DNA of 64,000 nucleotides from Candidatus Hydrogenedentota bacterium (GCA_045863335.1 BTVY01000025.1:38120-102119), one strand, 5' to 3'. Counted from the first letter of the stretch, positions 39,812 to 49,527 are shown. Numbers and translations are program-made. Notes: generated from the sequence alone by a model not told the origin.

Positions 39812-40424
39812 GACGTACCTCCGTGTGAACCCACCCCGGCTTTCCTTGTTTGTCTTTGACGGCGTGCACCGTGCAGGTAAACGCGTCGTCCGGGGTCCGT
39901 TCTTTTCCGGTTTCGCCCCGCAGCGAAACCAGCGAGCCCCGCGCCGTATCGGCATCGCCGCGCGTGATGCGCAGCAACGCCGCATGATGTTTCTTGGCCA
40001 GCCCCGCCAGCCGCGTTTGGATCGACAAGGGCAGCGTGGAACGCCCACCCGTATCCAGCACGACCAGCGCAAACCCGCCGCAGCGCAACAGCGTGTCCGC
40101 CGCGCGCCACGCCTGTTTCGCGTCCTGAATGCGAACCACGGGCAAAGTCTCCAAATCGATGCCCGAGGCCGCAAAGTCCGGCGGGAAAAACGTCGACTGG
40201 GGCCCTGTAATCCACACGGCCCATTCGCCGCGCCGTTGCGTTTCCAACACCAGCCCCGCCGCCGTCGTCAAGGCGGCCGTCTGCGCGGAACCCGTGATCT
40301 CCACGAAGCGCCCCGCGATGACATCCAACGACCACGCGCTGTCGTAGGCACGGCGGTGCTCGTCCAACAACCGGGCCGCCGGCGCGACATGTTTGTAATT
40401 TGCTATGGCAAGTGATGCGCACAT
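39789..40424 (-). CDS. imuA: ImuA / RecA-like protein
   Basis: GRFVEITG, FFPPDFAASGIDL, AADTLLRCGGFALVVLD; position in the cassette. Confidence 0.85.
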   Translation of the reverse strand: MCASLAIANYKHVAPAARLLDEHRRAYDSAWSLDVIAGRFVEITGSAQTAALTTAAGLVLETQRRGEWAVWITGPQSTFFPPDFAASGIDLETLPVVRIQDAKQAWRAADTLLRCGGFALVVLDTGGRSTLPLSIQTRLAGLAKKHHAALLRITRGDADTARGSLVSLRGETGKERTPDDAFTCTVHAVKDKQGKPGWVHTEVRRGPDGLC

Positions 40425-40437
40425 GGGGAATTAGTCC

Positions 40438-40536
40438 GGAGGCTGGAGGCTGGAGGCTGGAGGAAGAAAAACGATATAGAATGCCGATTGCATAGTTAAA
40501 GTCCCTGCTGTCTCTGGTGTCGCTGATGTCCCTTAT
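40438..40536. repeat. 7-mer (GGAGGCT) and 9-mer (GTCCCTnnn-like) micro-arrays in the lexA-imuA spacer
   Basis: GGAGGCT x3.7 at 40438-40463; GTCCCTGCT GTCTCTGGT GTCGCTGAT GTCCCTTAT at 40501-40536. Confidence 0.8.
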
Positions 40537-40546
40537 TCGCGACTCA

Positions 40547-41170
40547 TCATGACATCCCTTCCTTCTCCAGATACCGGCGCACTTCGATGACCTTGCCTAA
40601 AATCCGGCATTGTCCTTCGGGCGGGACGATCACCTCGAAAGCCGGGTTCTCGGGGTGCAACTCAATCCGTTTGCGCCGGATGCGCAAGGTCTTCACCGTG
40701 GCCTCGTCGTCGACCAGGGCCACCACCACGTCGCCGGACTCCGCCGTGGGTTGCGAACGCACCACGACGATGTCCCCGTGCAGAATGCCCGCGCCGATCA
40801 TACTTTCGCCGCGAATGCGGAGCGCGAACAGGTTCTCCGGCGACGCAGCCCGCACGGAGATATGCCCTTCCCGGTCCTCGATGGCCGCCTGTAGTCCGCC
40901 CGCCTGGACCCGCCCCAAGAGAGGAATCCACGCGGCCGGCGGCCCGGTATCTTGCCCGGGCAAGGCATAGCCCCGGGCCTTCCCCGGAAGCTTCGCCAGC
41001 CGCCCTTCGGCCACGAGATTCTCCAAATGCTCCCGGGCCGTCTGCACCGCGCGAAAGCCCAAGGCCTCCTGCACTTCCCGCACCGTCGGCGGCATCCCGG
41101 CCAAAAGCCGTTCCCGCACAAAGCGATACACCCGATCCCGGGTCTGTCCTATCGGCGTCCGTGGCGACAT
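40547..41170 (-). CDS. lexA: SOS repressor LexA
   Basis: PPTVREV wHTH, LGRVQAG cleavage site, GESM and TVK catalytic residues. Confidence 0.95.
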   Translation of the reverse strand: MSPRTPIGQTRDRVYRFVRERLLAGMPPTVREVQEALGFRAVQTAREHLENLVAEGRLAKLPGKARGYALPGQDTGPPAAWIPLLGRVQAGGLQAAIEDREGHISVRAASPENLFALRIRGESMIGAGILHGDIVVVRSQPTAESGDVVVALVDDEATVKTLRIRRKRIELHPENPAFEVIVPPEGQCRILGKVIEVRRYLEKEGMS

Positions 41171-41176
41171 GGTTTT

Positions 41177-41205
41177 ATCTTAGCATACATTTGTCTGGTT
41201 TGCAA
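41177..41205 (-). promoter_or_regulatory. lexA promoter with palindromic candidate LexA box in the spacer
   Basis: Minus strand TTGCAA-17 bp-TAAGAT; CATACA-TT-TGTCTG at 41184-41197. Confidence 0.65.
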
Positions 41206-41227
41206 TGGGCCGCGCGCGGGGGAGTTC

Positions 41228-41287
41228 ACACGGACCTACACGGACCTACACGGACACGCACCGACACGCGCCGACACACACAGACGA
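41228..41287 (+). repeat. 10-mer array (ACACGGACCT), about 6 degenerating units
   Basis: Same unit as 15761-15847. Confidence 0.9.
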
Positions 41288-41359
41288 AATGGACCGGCTC
41301 GACCTGATGGGATACCATCGGGTCTGGAGTTACCGCAGGCAAGAAGTGAGGGGGACACC

Positions 41360-43132
41360 ATGCTGACCATATCCGATCCCGACCGCTACGCCCGATACGC
41401 CGGCCAACCCAAGGGCGCCTTGCGCGAGTTCATTTTGTGGGCGCTGCTCTTCGGGTCGGTCGGCGGAATCGCGTGGGCGATTCGCGGCACGACGGGTTGG
41501 GGCGGTATCGACGGCACCATCGTCCCCGGGATGGCGTACGGGCTGCTCTGGTACTGGGTGTGCCGTTGCAAAGGGGTTGACGCGCGGGGCGTGGCGCTGT
41601 GGCTGGGACTCGGTATCGCCATCGGCGGCGAATGGGGCTACGGACAATACACGGGCTGGATTCGCGGGACCTTCGAAACCGTCGACGGGCTAGTCCCCCT
41701 CAACCCGGCCGTCGGCCATCTCTGGTTCTTCCTCTGCGGGATCGCGTGGGGCGCGCCGGGGGGCGTGGCGCTGGGCTGGGTGCTGAGCGGAAAACACTCG
41801 CTCCACACCTGGCTCGTCCGTCTCGTCGTGCCGCTTGGCGCGGCGTTGCTGGGGCGCATGCTGATCCAGGTCCGGCCCGGCTGGTTCTTCCCGAACTTCA
41901 GCTCCGACCTGTACACGCCGGTACCCGGCACCACGTTGCCGGAGACGTACTTCTTCCAAAACCAACCGTTCATGACGGGCGCGTGGCTTGTGTGCGTCGT
42001 ATTGATCGCCGTGAGCTGGTATTTGAGCAAAAACAACCATCCCTATCGCGACATAGGCCGCGGTCTATCCATTCTGAGCGTCGTGTACTCCATCTCATTG
42101 GTGCTTTGCATGGGATGGTGGCTGGCCCGACCCGAAGACGGACTCGGATTATTCAGCGGCGAACTCGACAAGCACCTTGGCCGCACGGTCTACACGAACG
42201 CGCAAAACGCCATCGTCGTCGCGTGGGCCGTGGGCGCCATGGTCGTGGCCGCGGCCCAGCGGGACAAATGGACCCTGGCCATGAACACGATCGTCGGCTT
42301 CGGCTTTGGTTTCGGCATGATGATCAGCGCGCTGTGGTGTCTCGGGTACATCCACTGGCGGGACTACATCGACTGGTGGAAGCTGTGGGAGGTCCATGCA
42401 GGGTTCAACCTCGGCGTCCTGTACGCCCTCGCCTTGTGGTGGGCCTTGCATCAGGTCGGCAAGGAGCAACGCCGTCAACACGCAACATCGCCCGAACCGA
42501 TTCCTGCAGCCCTTTGGACCGGTCTGGACGGGTGGTGGCGGCCGTTGGCGTCGGCCGCCGGCGTGCTGCTGATTTGGGCGTATCTATTCTTTGAGGACGA
42601 CCTCGTTGCCAGCCTGCTCCTCGGACCGCTCTACGTCGCCGCCGTGTGCTGGGTCACACTGGAAGCCAACCGGAACCGCGAGCCCGACGCCGTGTACGAC
42701 CGGCAACAGAGCCTTTCGCTGACTTTCGCCGCCTTCTATTTGCTCTTCTTCCTCTTCCACGGCGTGACGACCCGGTTCGGCGTAGTCCTGGAACTCTACG
42801 ACGCCGACGCCGTGGGCCAGTACGAATGGCCCGTGCAACGTCTTCTGCTGTTTCTCCCCGCGGCGATCCCGATCGTTGCCGTGACGCTCTACAAGACCTG
42901 GCAGATCGCCCACTGCGGGAAATCGCCCCTGCAGACGCCGCTGGATTGGACCTCGCTGCGCATAGGCACGCTCATCGCGCTCACCGGATTCGTGGGCGCT
43001 GCCTCTATCTGGCCCTCGGAGATCGCGGTCGTGTACGCGGCAGCGCTGGTCGTGGCGGTGTACGCGTACTTGCAGCTTGTCTTTACTTACAACACCACTG
43101 ACGACACCCTCACGCAAGAAAACCTCTCATAA
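41360..43132 (+). CDS. Polytopic membrane protein of unknown function
   Basis: GAGGGG RBS; many TMs; Gly/Trp-rich WAIRG...GG. Confidence 0.75.
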   Translation: MLTISDPDRYARYAGQPKGALREFILWALLFGSVGGIAWAIRGTTGWGGIDGTIVPGMAYGLLWYWVCRCKGVDARGVALWLGLGIAIGGEWGYGQYTGWIRGTFETVDGLVPLNPAVGHLWFFLCGIAWGAPGGVALGWVLSGKHSLHTWLVRLVVPLGAALLGRMLIQVRPGWFFPNFSSDLYTPVPGTTLPETYFFQNQPFMTGAWLVCVVLIAVSWYLSKNNHPYRDIGRGLSILSVVYSISLVLCMGWWLARPEDGLGLFSGELDKHLGRTVYTNAQNAIVVAWAVGAMVVAAAQRDKWTLAMNTIVGFGFGFGMMISALWCLGYIHWRDYIDWWKLWEVHAGFNLGVLYALALWWALHQVGKEQRRQHATSPEPIPAALWTGLDGWWRPLASAAGVLLIWAYLFFEDDLVASLLLGPLYVAAVCWVTLEANRNREPDAVYDRQQSLSLTFAAFYLLFFLFHGVTTRFGVVLELYDADAVGQYEWPVQRLLLFLPAAIPIVAVTLYKTWQIAHCGKSPLQTPLDWTSLRIGTLIALTGFVGAASIWPSEIAVVYAAALVVAVYAYLQLVFTYNTTDDTLTQENLS

Positions 43133-43136
43133 CCGC

Positions 43137-43356
43137 AATGTAGCGCAAGCGTCCCCGCCTGCACTATTGAAGGACAATCAATCGCTTGCCTGAGCGCGGA
43201 AGCCCGGACGTACAACAGGAATCGCCGCTCACCGTCATTCCCGCGAAGGCGGGAATCCATCCGAACGGGGAGTGGGCATTCAACGCACGAAGATGGACCC
43301 CCGCCTTCGCGGGGGTGACGGAGCGAGAATGCAGGCGGGGACGCCTGCGCTACATT
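43137..43356. repeat. GTAG-type REP doublet enclosing a dRS3-like doublet
   Basis: Outer arms 43137-43163 and 43330-43356 (1 mismatch); inner arms 43232-43261 and 43292-43321. Confidence 0.85.
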
Positions 43357-43477
43357 CCGCCCATCGACTTGTGCCCAAGTGTCTTCTAAACGGCTCGGTT
43401 TTGCCCATCCGCCTTTCCATGTCACACTTTCCCCTGCCCGGCGCACTACAGGGCAGAACGAAGGATTTGGAATCGCC

Positions 43478-46400
43478 ATGTTTCGTCTTTTCTCCACATC
43501 GGACGCGCAGTTGGTCCTCCAAACGCTGGCGGGCAAACGCGAGGCCTTCGGGACGCTGGTGGAGCGCTACCAGCCCGTCGCCTACGCCGTCGCCTACGCA
43601 CGCGTCCATCGCCATGCGGACGCCGAAGACGTGGCCCAGGAGTCGCTCCTTGCCGCGTACCAGCAGTTGGACACCTTGCGGGACCCGGCGCGGTTCGGCG
43701 CGTGGCTGGCAGGCATCGCCCGGCACTGCGCGAGCCGCATCCGGGAACGTCGTCTGCGCGATGCGACGGTGGCGGAACGGCACAACGGCGAGGAGTTGGT
43801 AGTCATGCCCGATCACGAGCGCCGGGAACTGTGGGATCTCATCCGAGCGGAAATCGACCGCTTGAACGAACCGGACCGCGAAGTAGTCATGTTGCACTAC
43901 TTCGCGGGAAAGTCGTCTCGGGAGATTGCGGCCGTGCTGGACTCGAGCAGCGACGCCGTCCGCAAACGGCTCCAGCGCGCCCGTGAAACCCTGGGAAGCC
44001 GTCTTCTCGACCAGGTTGCCGCCCCCGTATTGCCCGATCGGAAGAAGGCGCGACACATCATGGGGCTCATCGCCGCCGCCCCCGCCGCGTGGGAGGCGGC
44101 AGGCCAGGCTGCCCCAACGGCGATTCCGCTTACGGGAGGAATCACCATGTCGAAAGCATTAGGATTTGCCGCGATGGTCGTTGCGTTGGTCGGTGGCGCG
44201 TACGTGCTGACCCAGCAGGGAACGCCAGAGGCGCAGGATCCCGTGCCAATCACAGTAGCAGGCGAAGCCTCGGCCGCCGCGGCTGAATCGCCGAATACGG
44301 ATGTGCAATTTGCGGCCGCGCAAACGGGCGGCGAGGCGGGCGTGGCGGCACCGTCCGGACCAGCGTTGTACCCGGTCGAGCTTCAGGGGATCGTCTATGA
44401 CACGACGGGGCAGCCGGCGCCCAACGTGCCGGTCAACATCCGCCTCTTCAGGCGATCGGATCTGGTAATTGGGCAATACGAATCGCAGACGCCTATCGCG
44501 GAACAGACCCTGCGCTCGGGAGCGGATGGTTACGTGCTCGCATCGTTTGCGCTCGACACCGCGTCCACGGCGGGATTGGTGGCCGAATGGCGCGCTTCGG
44601 TGCCGGGGGCATTCGTCTATCTACGCACGTCCGCAGGCGCGATTGTCAACCGAAGCGCTTTCCCCTTGCATCTGGTTTCCACGGGGGCCGTGACCGGCCG
44701 CGTGAGCGACTCGACGGGCGTCCCGATTCCCGGCGCACACGTGCGGCCTTTCAAGTTTGAATCGAACAGCGGCGAGCGCTCTCCGCTGATGCCGGACGGC
44801 GAAGGCGTCAGCACCGGGCCGAGCGGAGCGTTCGCGCTCGATCGGTTGTACGAAGGACGGTGGCGGTTCCTCGTGGAGGCGCCAGGATATGCCGCAACCC
44901 TCACGGACTACGTGGAAACGGGCGACGATCTGGACGTAACCTTGGCGCCGGCCGTATCGGTTTCAGGCGTCGTGGTCGACGAAGACGCGGACGAACCCCT
45001 ACCGGGACTTCGCGTCATATTGGTCCGCGAGGATTGCTGGTTGGAAACGCACGAAGCCGTCACCGGGGACGATGGCGCGTACACGTTCCCATCCTTGACC
45101 GCTGCAACCTACACGGTATATCCGGTCGACGGCCAGCGCTTCGTGAGTCCGGAGCAAGCGACGATCGTGGTGAAGCAATCGCGGTCGGACTACATGATCG
45201 AAATGCACCGTGGTGCGGTCATCAGTGGACGCATAAATGATGCTCGAACGGGTGAACCCATCCTGGGTGTGGTCGCGGCCGCGGGACTTGTTGAACCTGA
45301 CGAGGACAGCCACCCCCGCACGCACATGCGTTCTGACCCGACGGGGAGCGACGGAATCTATACCATCGAAGGGCTGCCAGACGGCGAGTACCGCGTTGGC
45401 TTTAGCGGACATTCAGCACTGCCGCCGGTTACGGACGCAGTCCGGGACGCGCTTCCGATTGTGAAAGCCAGAGCCGGGCGCGTCTATGCTGATACCGACT
45501 ATGCGGCCGAGCGGCTCTACCCGGTCTCAGGCGTGGTCCGGGACCCGGACGGCAACCCCCTCGGCGGAGTCAGCGTCGTCGACTACGACCTGGACCATCC
45601 CGAACGCTATCGGAATATGTATACGCCGAACGCAACGTTGACAGATGCGAACGGCCGGTTCATTCGTTGGATTCCAGAGGCGACGGGAAAACTGGTGCTT
45701 CGCGCGATCAGCGGCACGTGGGCTTCGCGGGACGTGGGTCCGATGCCGGTAGGAGCCGGCGGGTTGGAGAACATCGAACTGACTGCATTTCCTGCGGGCC
45801 GGATCTTCGGATCCGTGACGGGTCCGGATGGAACGCCGATACCCTCCGCAGAAATCGCTTGCGAAGCGCTGAACTCGACTTCGGCCTTTGGCCCGGGGAG
45901 CATCTGGACGGACCAGGGTGGCCGATTCTCTCTCGTCGGACTTCCTCCGGACGACTACACCTTCACTTACCGCGAAACGTCGCGCCGTGTGGATCTCGAA
46001 CCGGGGAAATCCGAAGTGGTCGACATTCAATTGGTCCCCGATGGCTCCAAAGCGGTCGTAGGCGCAGCCCTCGTCGCGGGAGTACCTACGGAAGGCGTAT
46101 CGATCTCGTTTTCTGATGAAAACGGCGGCAGACCCGTGGCTACCATTTCAGACGATGAAGGCCGGTTTCGCGTTACGGGCGTTCCTGGCGGCGCGATGCA
46201 GTACACCGCCGATTGGCGGAAATCCGACCGTGGCGTGGAAATCTATCGGCACCTGACCGGCCCCATCTCGGCGTCCGCGCGAGGCGAAACTGCTTTCGAC
46301 ATCGTCTTTGCGAACGGGACGAGTGCCATCGAGGGGGTCGTAACGGAGAATGGGAGCCCCAAACCACGCGTACCGTTTCTCACAAGCGTGCAATGGAATG

Positions 46401-46927
46401 ATTCGACGTTTGAACTGGTCCGCGTCACAACCAACGATGACGGATACTATCGAATCGACGGATTGCCCGCAGGCGACCACGAGTTGATCCTGAACCTGAA
46501 ACCAGGCATGCCGAATGACGAACCCCATTCGCATCGTCACTTCTACATGGTACAAACCGTCGATGGTCAAACCACGCGGCACGACATCACCTTCGACATG
46601 GGTTCGCTCGCCGTGACGTACGCGGGAATCGGCGCGGGCGAAGAGGGCCGGATCGTCGTCATCCCCGGTGAATTCGACGCGGAGGAGTTGACGCTGGAGA
46701 AGGCCCTCGCGATGATCGAACATGCGCTGTTCGATGCCGAGGTCACGGAAGACGGCGCGACGGTTATCGACGAGATACCGGCGGGGCCGGCCACGGTGCT
46801 CTTCGCGGTCTACAGCGCGAGCGCAGAAAGCAATGAGGAGCCTTTTGCCTCTACCCGGTACACGTTTACACTTGTAGACGTCGTTCCGGACCAGGAAGCG
46901 GCACTCTCCTTCTCCCTGCCGCGATAG
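43478..46927 (+). CDS. ECF sigma-70 factor fused via a TM helix to carboxypeptidase-regulatory-like repeats
   Basis: AFGTLVERY, DAEDVAQE, FGAWL (region 2); SSREIA..VRKRLQRAR (region 4); TM; repeated G.V.D..G.P..G..V and TD..G.F. Confidence 0.9.
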   Translation: MFRLFSTSDAQLVLQTLAGKREAFGTLVERYQPVAYAVAYARVHRHADAEDVAQESLLAAYQQLDTLRDPARFGAWLAGIARHCASRIRERRLRDATVAERHNGEELVVMPDHERRELWDLIRAEIDRLNEPDREVVMLHYFAGKSSREIAAVLDSSSDAVRKRLQRARETLGSRLLDQVAAPVLPDRKKARHIMGLIAAAPAAWEAAGQAAPTAIPLTGGITMSKALGFAAMVVALVGGAYVLTQQGTPEAQDPVPITVAGEASAAAAESPNTDVQFAAAQTGGEAGVAAPSGPALYPVELQGIVYDTTGQPAPNVPVNIRLFRRSDLVIGQYESQTPIAEQTLRSGADGYVLASFALDTASTAGLVAEWRASVPGAFVYLRTSAGAIVNRSAFPLHLVSTGAVTGRVSDSTGVPIPGAHVRPFKFESNSGERSPLMPDGEGVSTGPSGAFALDRLYEGRWRFLVEAPGYAATLTDYVETGDDLDVTLAPAVSVSGVVVDEDADEPLPGLRVILVREDCWLETHEAVTGDDGAYTFPSLTAATYTVYPVDGQRFVSPEQATIVVKQSRSDYMIEMHRGAVISGRINDARTGEPILGVVAAAGLVEPDEDSHPRTHMRSDPTGSDGIYTIEGLPDGEYRVGFSGHSALPPVTDAVRDALPIVKARAGRVYADTDYAAERLYPVSGVVRDPDGNPLGGVSVVDYDLDHPERYRNMYTPNATLTDANGRFIRWIPEATGKLVLRAISGTWASRDVGPMPVGAGGLENIELTAFPAGRIFGSVTGPDGTPIPSAEIACEALNSTSAFGPGSIWTDQGGRFSLVGLPPDDYTFTYRETSRRVDLEPGKSEVVDIQLVPDGSKAVVGAALVAGVPTEGVSISFSDENGGRPVATISDDEGRFRVTGVPGGAMQYTADWRKSDRGVEIYRHLTGPISASARGETAFDIVFANGTSAIEGVVTENGSPKPRVPFLTSVQWNDSTFELVRVTTNDDGYYRIDGLPAGDHELILNLKPGMPNDEPHSHRHFYMVQTVDGQTTRHDITFDMGSLAVTYAGIGAGEEGRIVVIPGEFDAEELTLEKALAMIEHALFDAEVTEDGATVIDEIPAGPATVLFAVYSASAESNEEPFASTRYTFTLVDVVPDQEAALSFSLPR

Positions 46928-46951
46928 TTTCGGATCGAGACTTGTGTAAGA

Positions 46952-46977
46952 AGGGCTGTCACATCGCCGGCCCTTTT
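46952..46977 (+). terminator. Possible intrinsic terminator
   Basis: AAGGGC...GCCCTTTT after the stop. Confidence 0.45.
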
Positions 46978-47078
46978 GCCATCCGCCACTTTGCGCTGCC
47001 AAGGCAATCGTGGTAGCGTTGCCGCGGGGGTTTGGGAAGTCTCACACGGGTCCAGCGGGGGCCGAGGGAGAATGCGGC

Positions 47079-47570
47079 ATGGGGCAGACGGGAGCAATCG
47101 GGCCAGCGAATTCGGTCGAGGCGTACGCGAGCAGCGTGAAGTCCGGCGCGAACTGGTTCTTCTGGATTGCGGGATTGTCGGCGGCGAATTCGATTGTCAG
47201 CGCGTTCCAGGGCGAGTGGGGATTTGTGGTGGGGCTCGGCGCGACGCAGTTTATCGACGGCATCGCGGCCGCCATCATTGCAGAGACGGAAGGCGGAGGG
47301 GGAACCACCGTGACTGCGGTGGCGCTCGTGATTGACCTTCTCATCGCGTCGGTCTTCGTGTTATTCGGTATCCTGGCGAACAAACGCATGGCCTGGGCGT
47401 TTGTAATCGGCATGGTCATCTATCTGTTCGACGGGCTGTTGTTCCTGCTCGTGGGCGACTGGTTGAGCCTGGCGTTTCACGCCTTCGCCTTGTTCTGCAT
47501 CTTCAGCGGTTACGCGGCGCTGAAGAAACTCAATGAGGCAGAAGCGTTGGCCAGGGCGGAAGCAGTTTGA
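47079..47570 (+). CDS. Hypothetical membrane protein
   Basis: GAGGGAG RBS; SGANWFFWIAGLS; about 4-5 TMs. Confidence 0.8.
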   Translation: MGQTGAIGPANSVEAYASSVKSGANWFFWIAGLSAANSIVSAFQGEWGFVVGLGATQFIDGIAAAIIAETEGGGGTTVTAVALVIDLLIASVFVLFGILANKRMAWAFVIGMVIYLFDGLLFLLVGDWLSLAFHAFALFCIFSGYAALKKLNEAEALARAEAV

Positions 47571-47598
47571 CACGTGCACCGTCTCGTACTTCGTCTGG

Positions 47599-49527
47599 TT
47601 ACTTTTTCATCGACTTAAGCACCGAGTAGAAGAGCGCGCAGGCTTGACCGCGCGTTACGGCGCCGGTTTCGCCGGGTTCCGGTATCGTGATCGATGCGGC
47701 TTTGTCTTGAGGCATGCCGATGGCCTCGGCGATGATCGCAAGCAGACGTTCCATGTCTCCTTTGGAGAAGGATTCGCCCGGTTCGTCCGGCAACGCCACA
47801 TCGGGGTCGCCCCCGGCCAGTTCGATGACACGGCGCGCCCAGGTGCCGGACTCGTCGTACTTGAAGGGATCGTCGGGCCGCGCGTTGTAGTCGTCGAAGA
47901 AGCCCTTCGTGCCCAGGTAGTGCAAGGCCTCGAACTGGGGATGATCCTTGGGCACGTCATTGAAGTACGTCAACACCTGCCCTTGGCTTACGAGAATCCG
48001 CTGCAGTTCGTCCACGTCCACGTCCCGCGGTTCAACGCCGTGCTTAATTGCGAGATGCGCGGCCACGCCGGCGGCCTGACCGAGGCTCACCCACGTCGGT
48101 TCCAGCCGCACGGAGGAGAACGCGATGTGCGTTGCGGACGCGGGCACCGGCGCGAGAAGCCCGTCCACTTCTATGGGCACCATCACGCGATAGGGAATCT
48201 GGTAGGGACGCGTGTACCGCGCGAGCATAAGGATGTAGCCTTCGAGGGCGTCCTCGTGACCCGGCTCGTACTTTCGTGTCGGGAAGGAATCGATGGGGAA
48301 TTCGCCCGCGCTGATGGCGTCGGCATGAACCGGCGTGCGAAAGGATTCCGGCGCGAAGGTCAGATCGTTTTCGGTAAGCATGTATTCGCCGACGATGCGC
48401 CGCGCTTCCCGCACGTAGAACTGGAAGGGGAAGTTATTGTTGTCCGTGAACTCATCCTTGGCAAATCCGTACTGCCGCGCCTCCTCGCGCATGGCTTCCG
48501 GCACCGCTTCGTCGTTCTGAAGGAAGTACACGAGTCCGAGCGTGATGTTGCGGATCTTCTCCATGATGACTTCGCGCTCTTCCCAGGTCGCCTCGGGATA
48601 GCCGGTGTTCTCTTCCGCAAAGGGGAAGCCCAAGGGCCACGGCTTCATATTCACGTCGTACTTCTGATTGGGAATGGCTGCGATCGAGAGGGCCAGGGTC
48701 GTCGATTTGATGCGCTCGAGTTTGAGGTCGAGCAGGTAGTTCAGATAGCGAGTGCGGTCGTAGTCCGGCGGCATCTCGGGATAGACCCGGTTGTTCGGAT
48801 CGGAGCTGAAGCACAGCCGGTACGTGTACGCTACCAACCGGTCGTCGCCGAGGCCGGTCGTGCCCGGGAGAAGCGCGCGCGTCGTGTGGTCCATGTAGAT
48901 GACGCCTGCGTGCGCCTCGTTGAATTCCGTGCGGCTTTCCCGCCCCAGCCGGTATTCCGCGCCGGCGTAGGCCGCTAGATCGCCTTCGTAGGTCGCATCG
49001 ACGAAAACCTTGCCGCGGACTTCCTGGACCCCGCCCGTGTCGCGATTCTTGATCCGCACCGCGGTTACTTTGTTCTGGCTGCGGACGACTTCTTCCAACT
49101 GATGCCGGAGCAACACCGTGATCCCGGATTCTTCCGCGATCATGTCGTTGAGAAGCTGCTCCGCCACCGACGGTTCGTAGTAGTAACCCTTCTTGCAGTC
49201 AACGACCTGTTGCGAATCGGCGCCGTAGGTTTCCGTGTAGTACGCCAGCACTCGCGCGACGAATTCGTCCCACAACCCGCCGATCGCGCCGGCCGTCGTG
49301 ATATCGGATTTGCCCAGCCCGCTCGTGGTCATCCCGCCGAGATGGTTGTAATACTCCACAATCAGCGCCGTGCGCCCCATGCGCGCGGCCGTGATGGCGG
49401 TGCTGATGCCACCGGGAGTTCCGCCGATGATGACGACGTCGTGTTCGGATTGCGCGGCCGCCGTACACGGAAAGGCGAAGGTGATGATGACCAGAATTGC
49501 GGTAAATACAGTAGCTTGTCGAATCAT
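47599..49527 (-). CDS. Secreted FAD-dependent oxidoreductase with C-terminal SLH-like segment
   Basis: DVVIIGGTPGG, FVDATYEGDL, YVREARR, SSVRLEP; FNDVP..HP...TRGQ. Confidence 0.85.
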   Translation of the reverse strand: MIRQATVFTAILVIITFAFPCTAAAQSEHDVVIIGGTPGGISTAITAARMGRTALIVEYYNHLGGMTTSGLGKSDITTAGAIGGLWDEFVARVLAYYTETYGADSQQVVDCKKGYYYEPSVAEQLLNDMIAEESGITVLLRHQLEEVVRSQNKVTAVRIKNRDTGGVQEVRGKVFVDATYEGDLAAYAGAEYRLGRESRTEFNEAHAGVIYMDHTTRALLPGTTGLGDDRLVAYTYRLCFSSDPNNRVYPEMPPDYDRTRYLNYLLDLKLERIKSTTLALSIAAIPNQKYDVNMKPWPLGFPFAEENTGYPEATWEEREVIMEKIRNITLGLVYFLQNDEAVPEAMREEARQYGFAKDEFTDNNNFPFQFYVREARRIVGEYMLTENDLTFAPESFRTPVHADAISAGEFPIDSFPTRKYEPGHEDALEGYILMLARYTRPYQIPYRVMVPIEVDGLLAPVPASATHIAFSSVRLEPTWVSLGQAAGVAAHLAIKHGVEPRDVDVDELQRILVSQGQVLTYFNDVPKDHPQFEALHYLGTKGFFDDYNARPDDPFKYDESGTWARRVIELAGGDPDVALPDEPGESFSKGDMERLLAIIAEAIGMPQDKAASITIPEPGETGAVTRGQACALFYSVLKSMKK

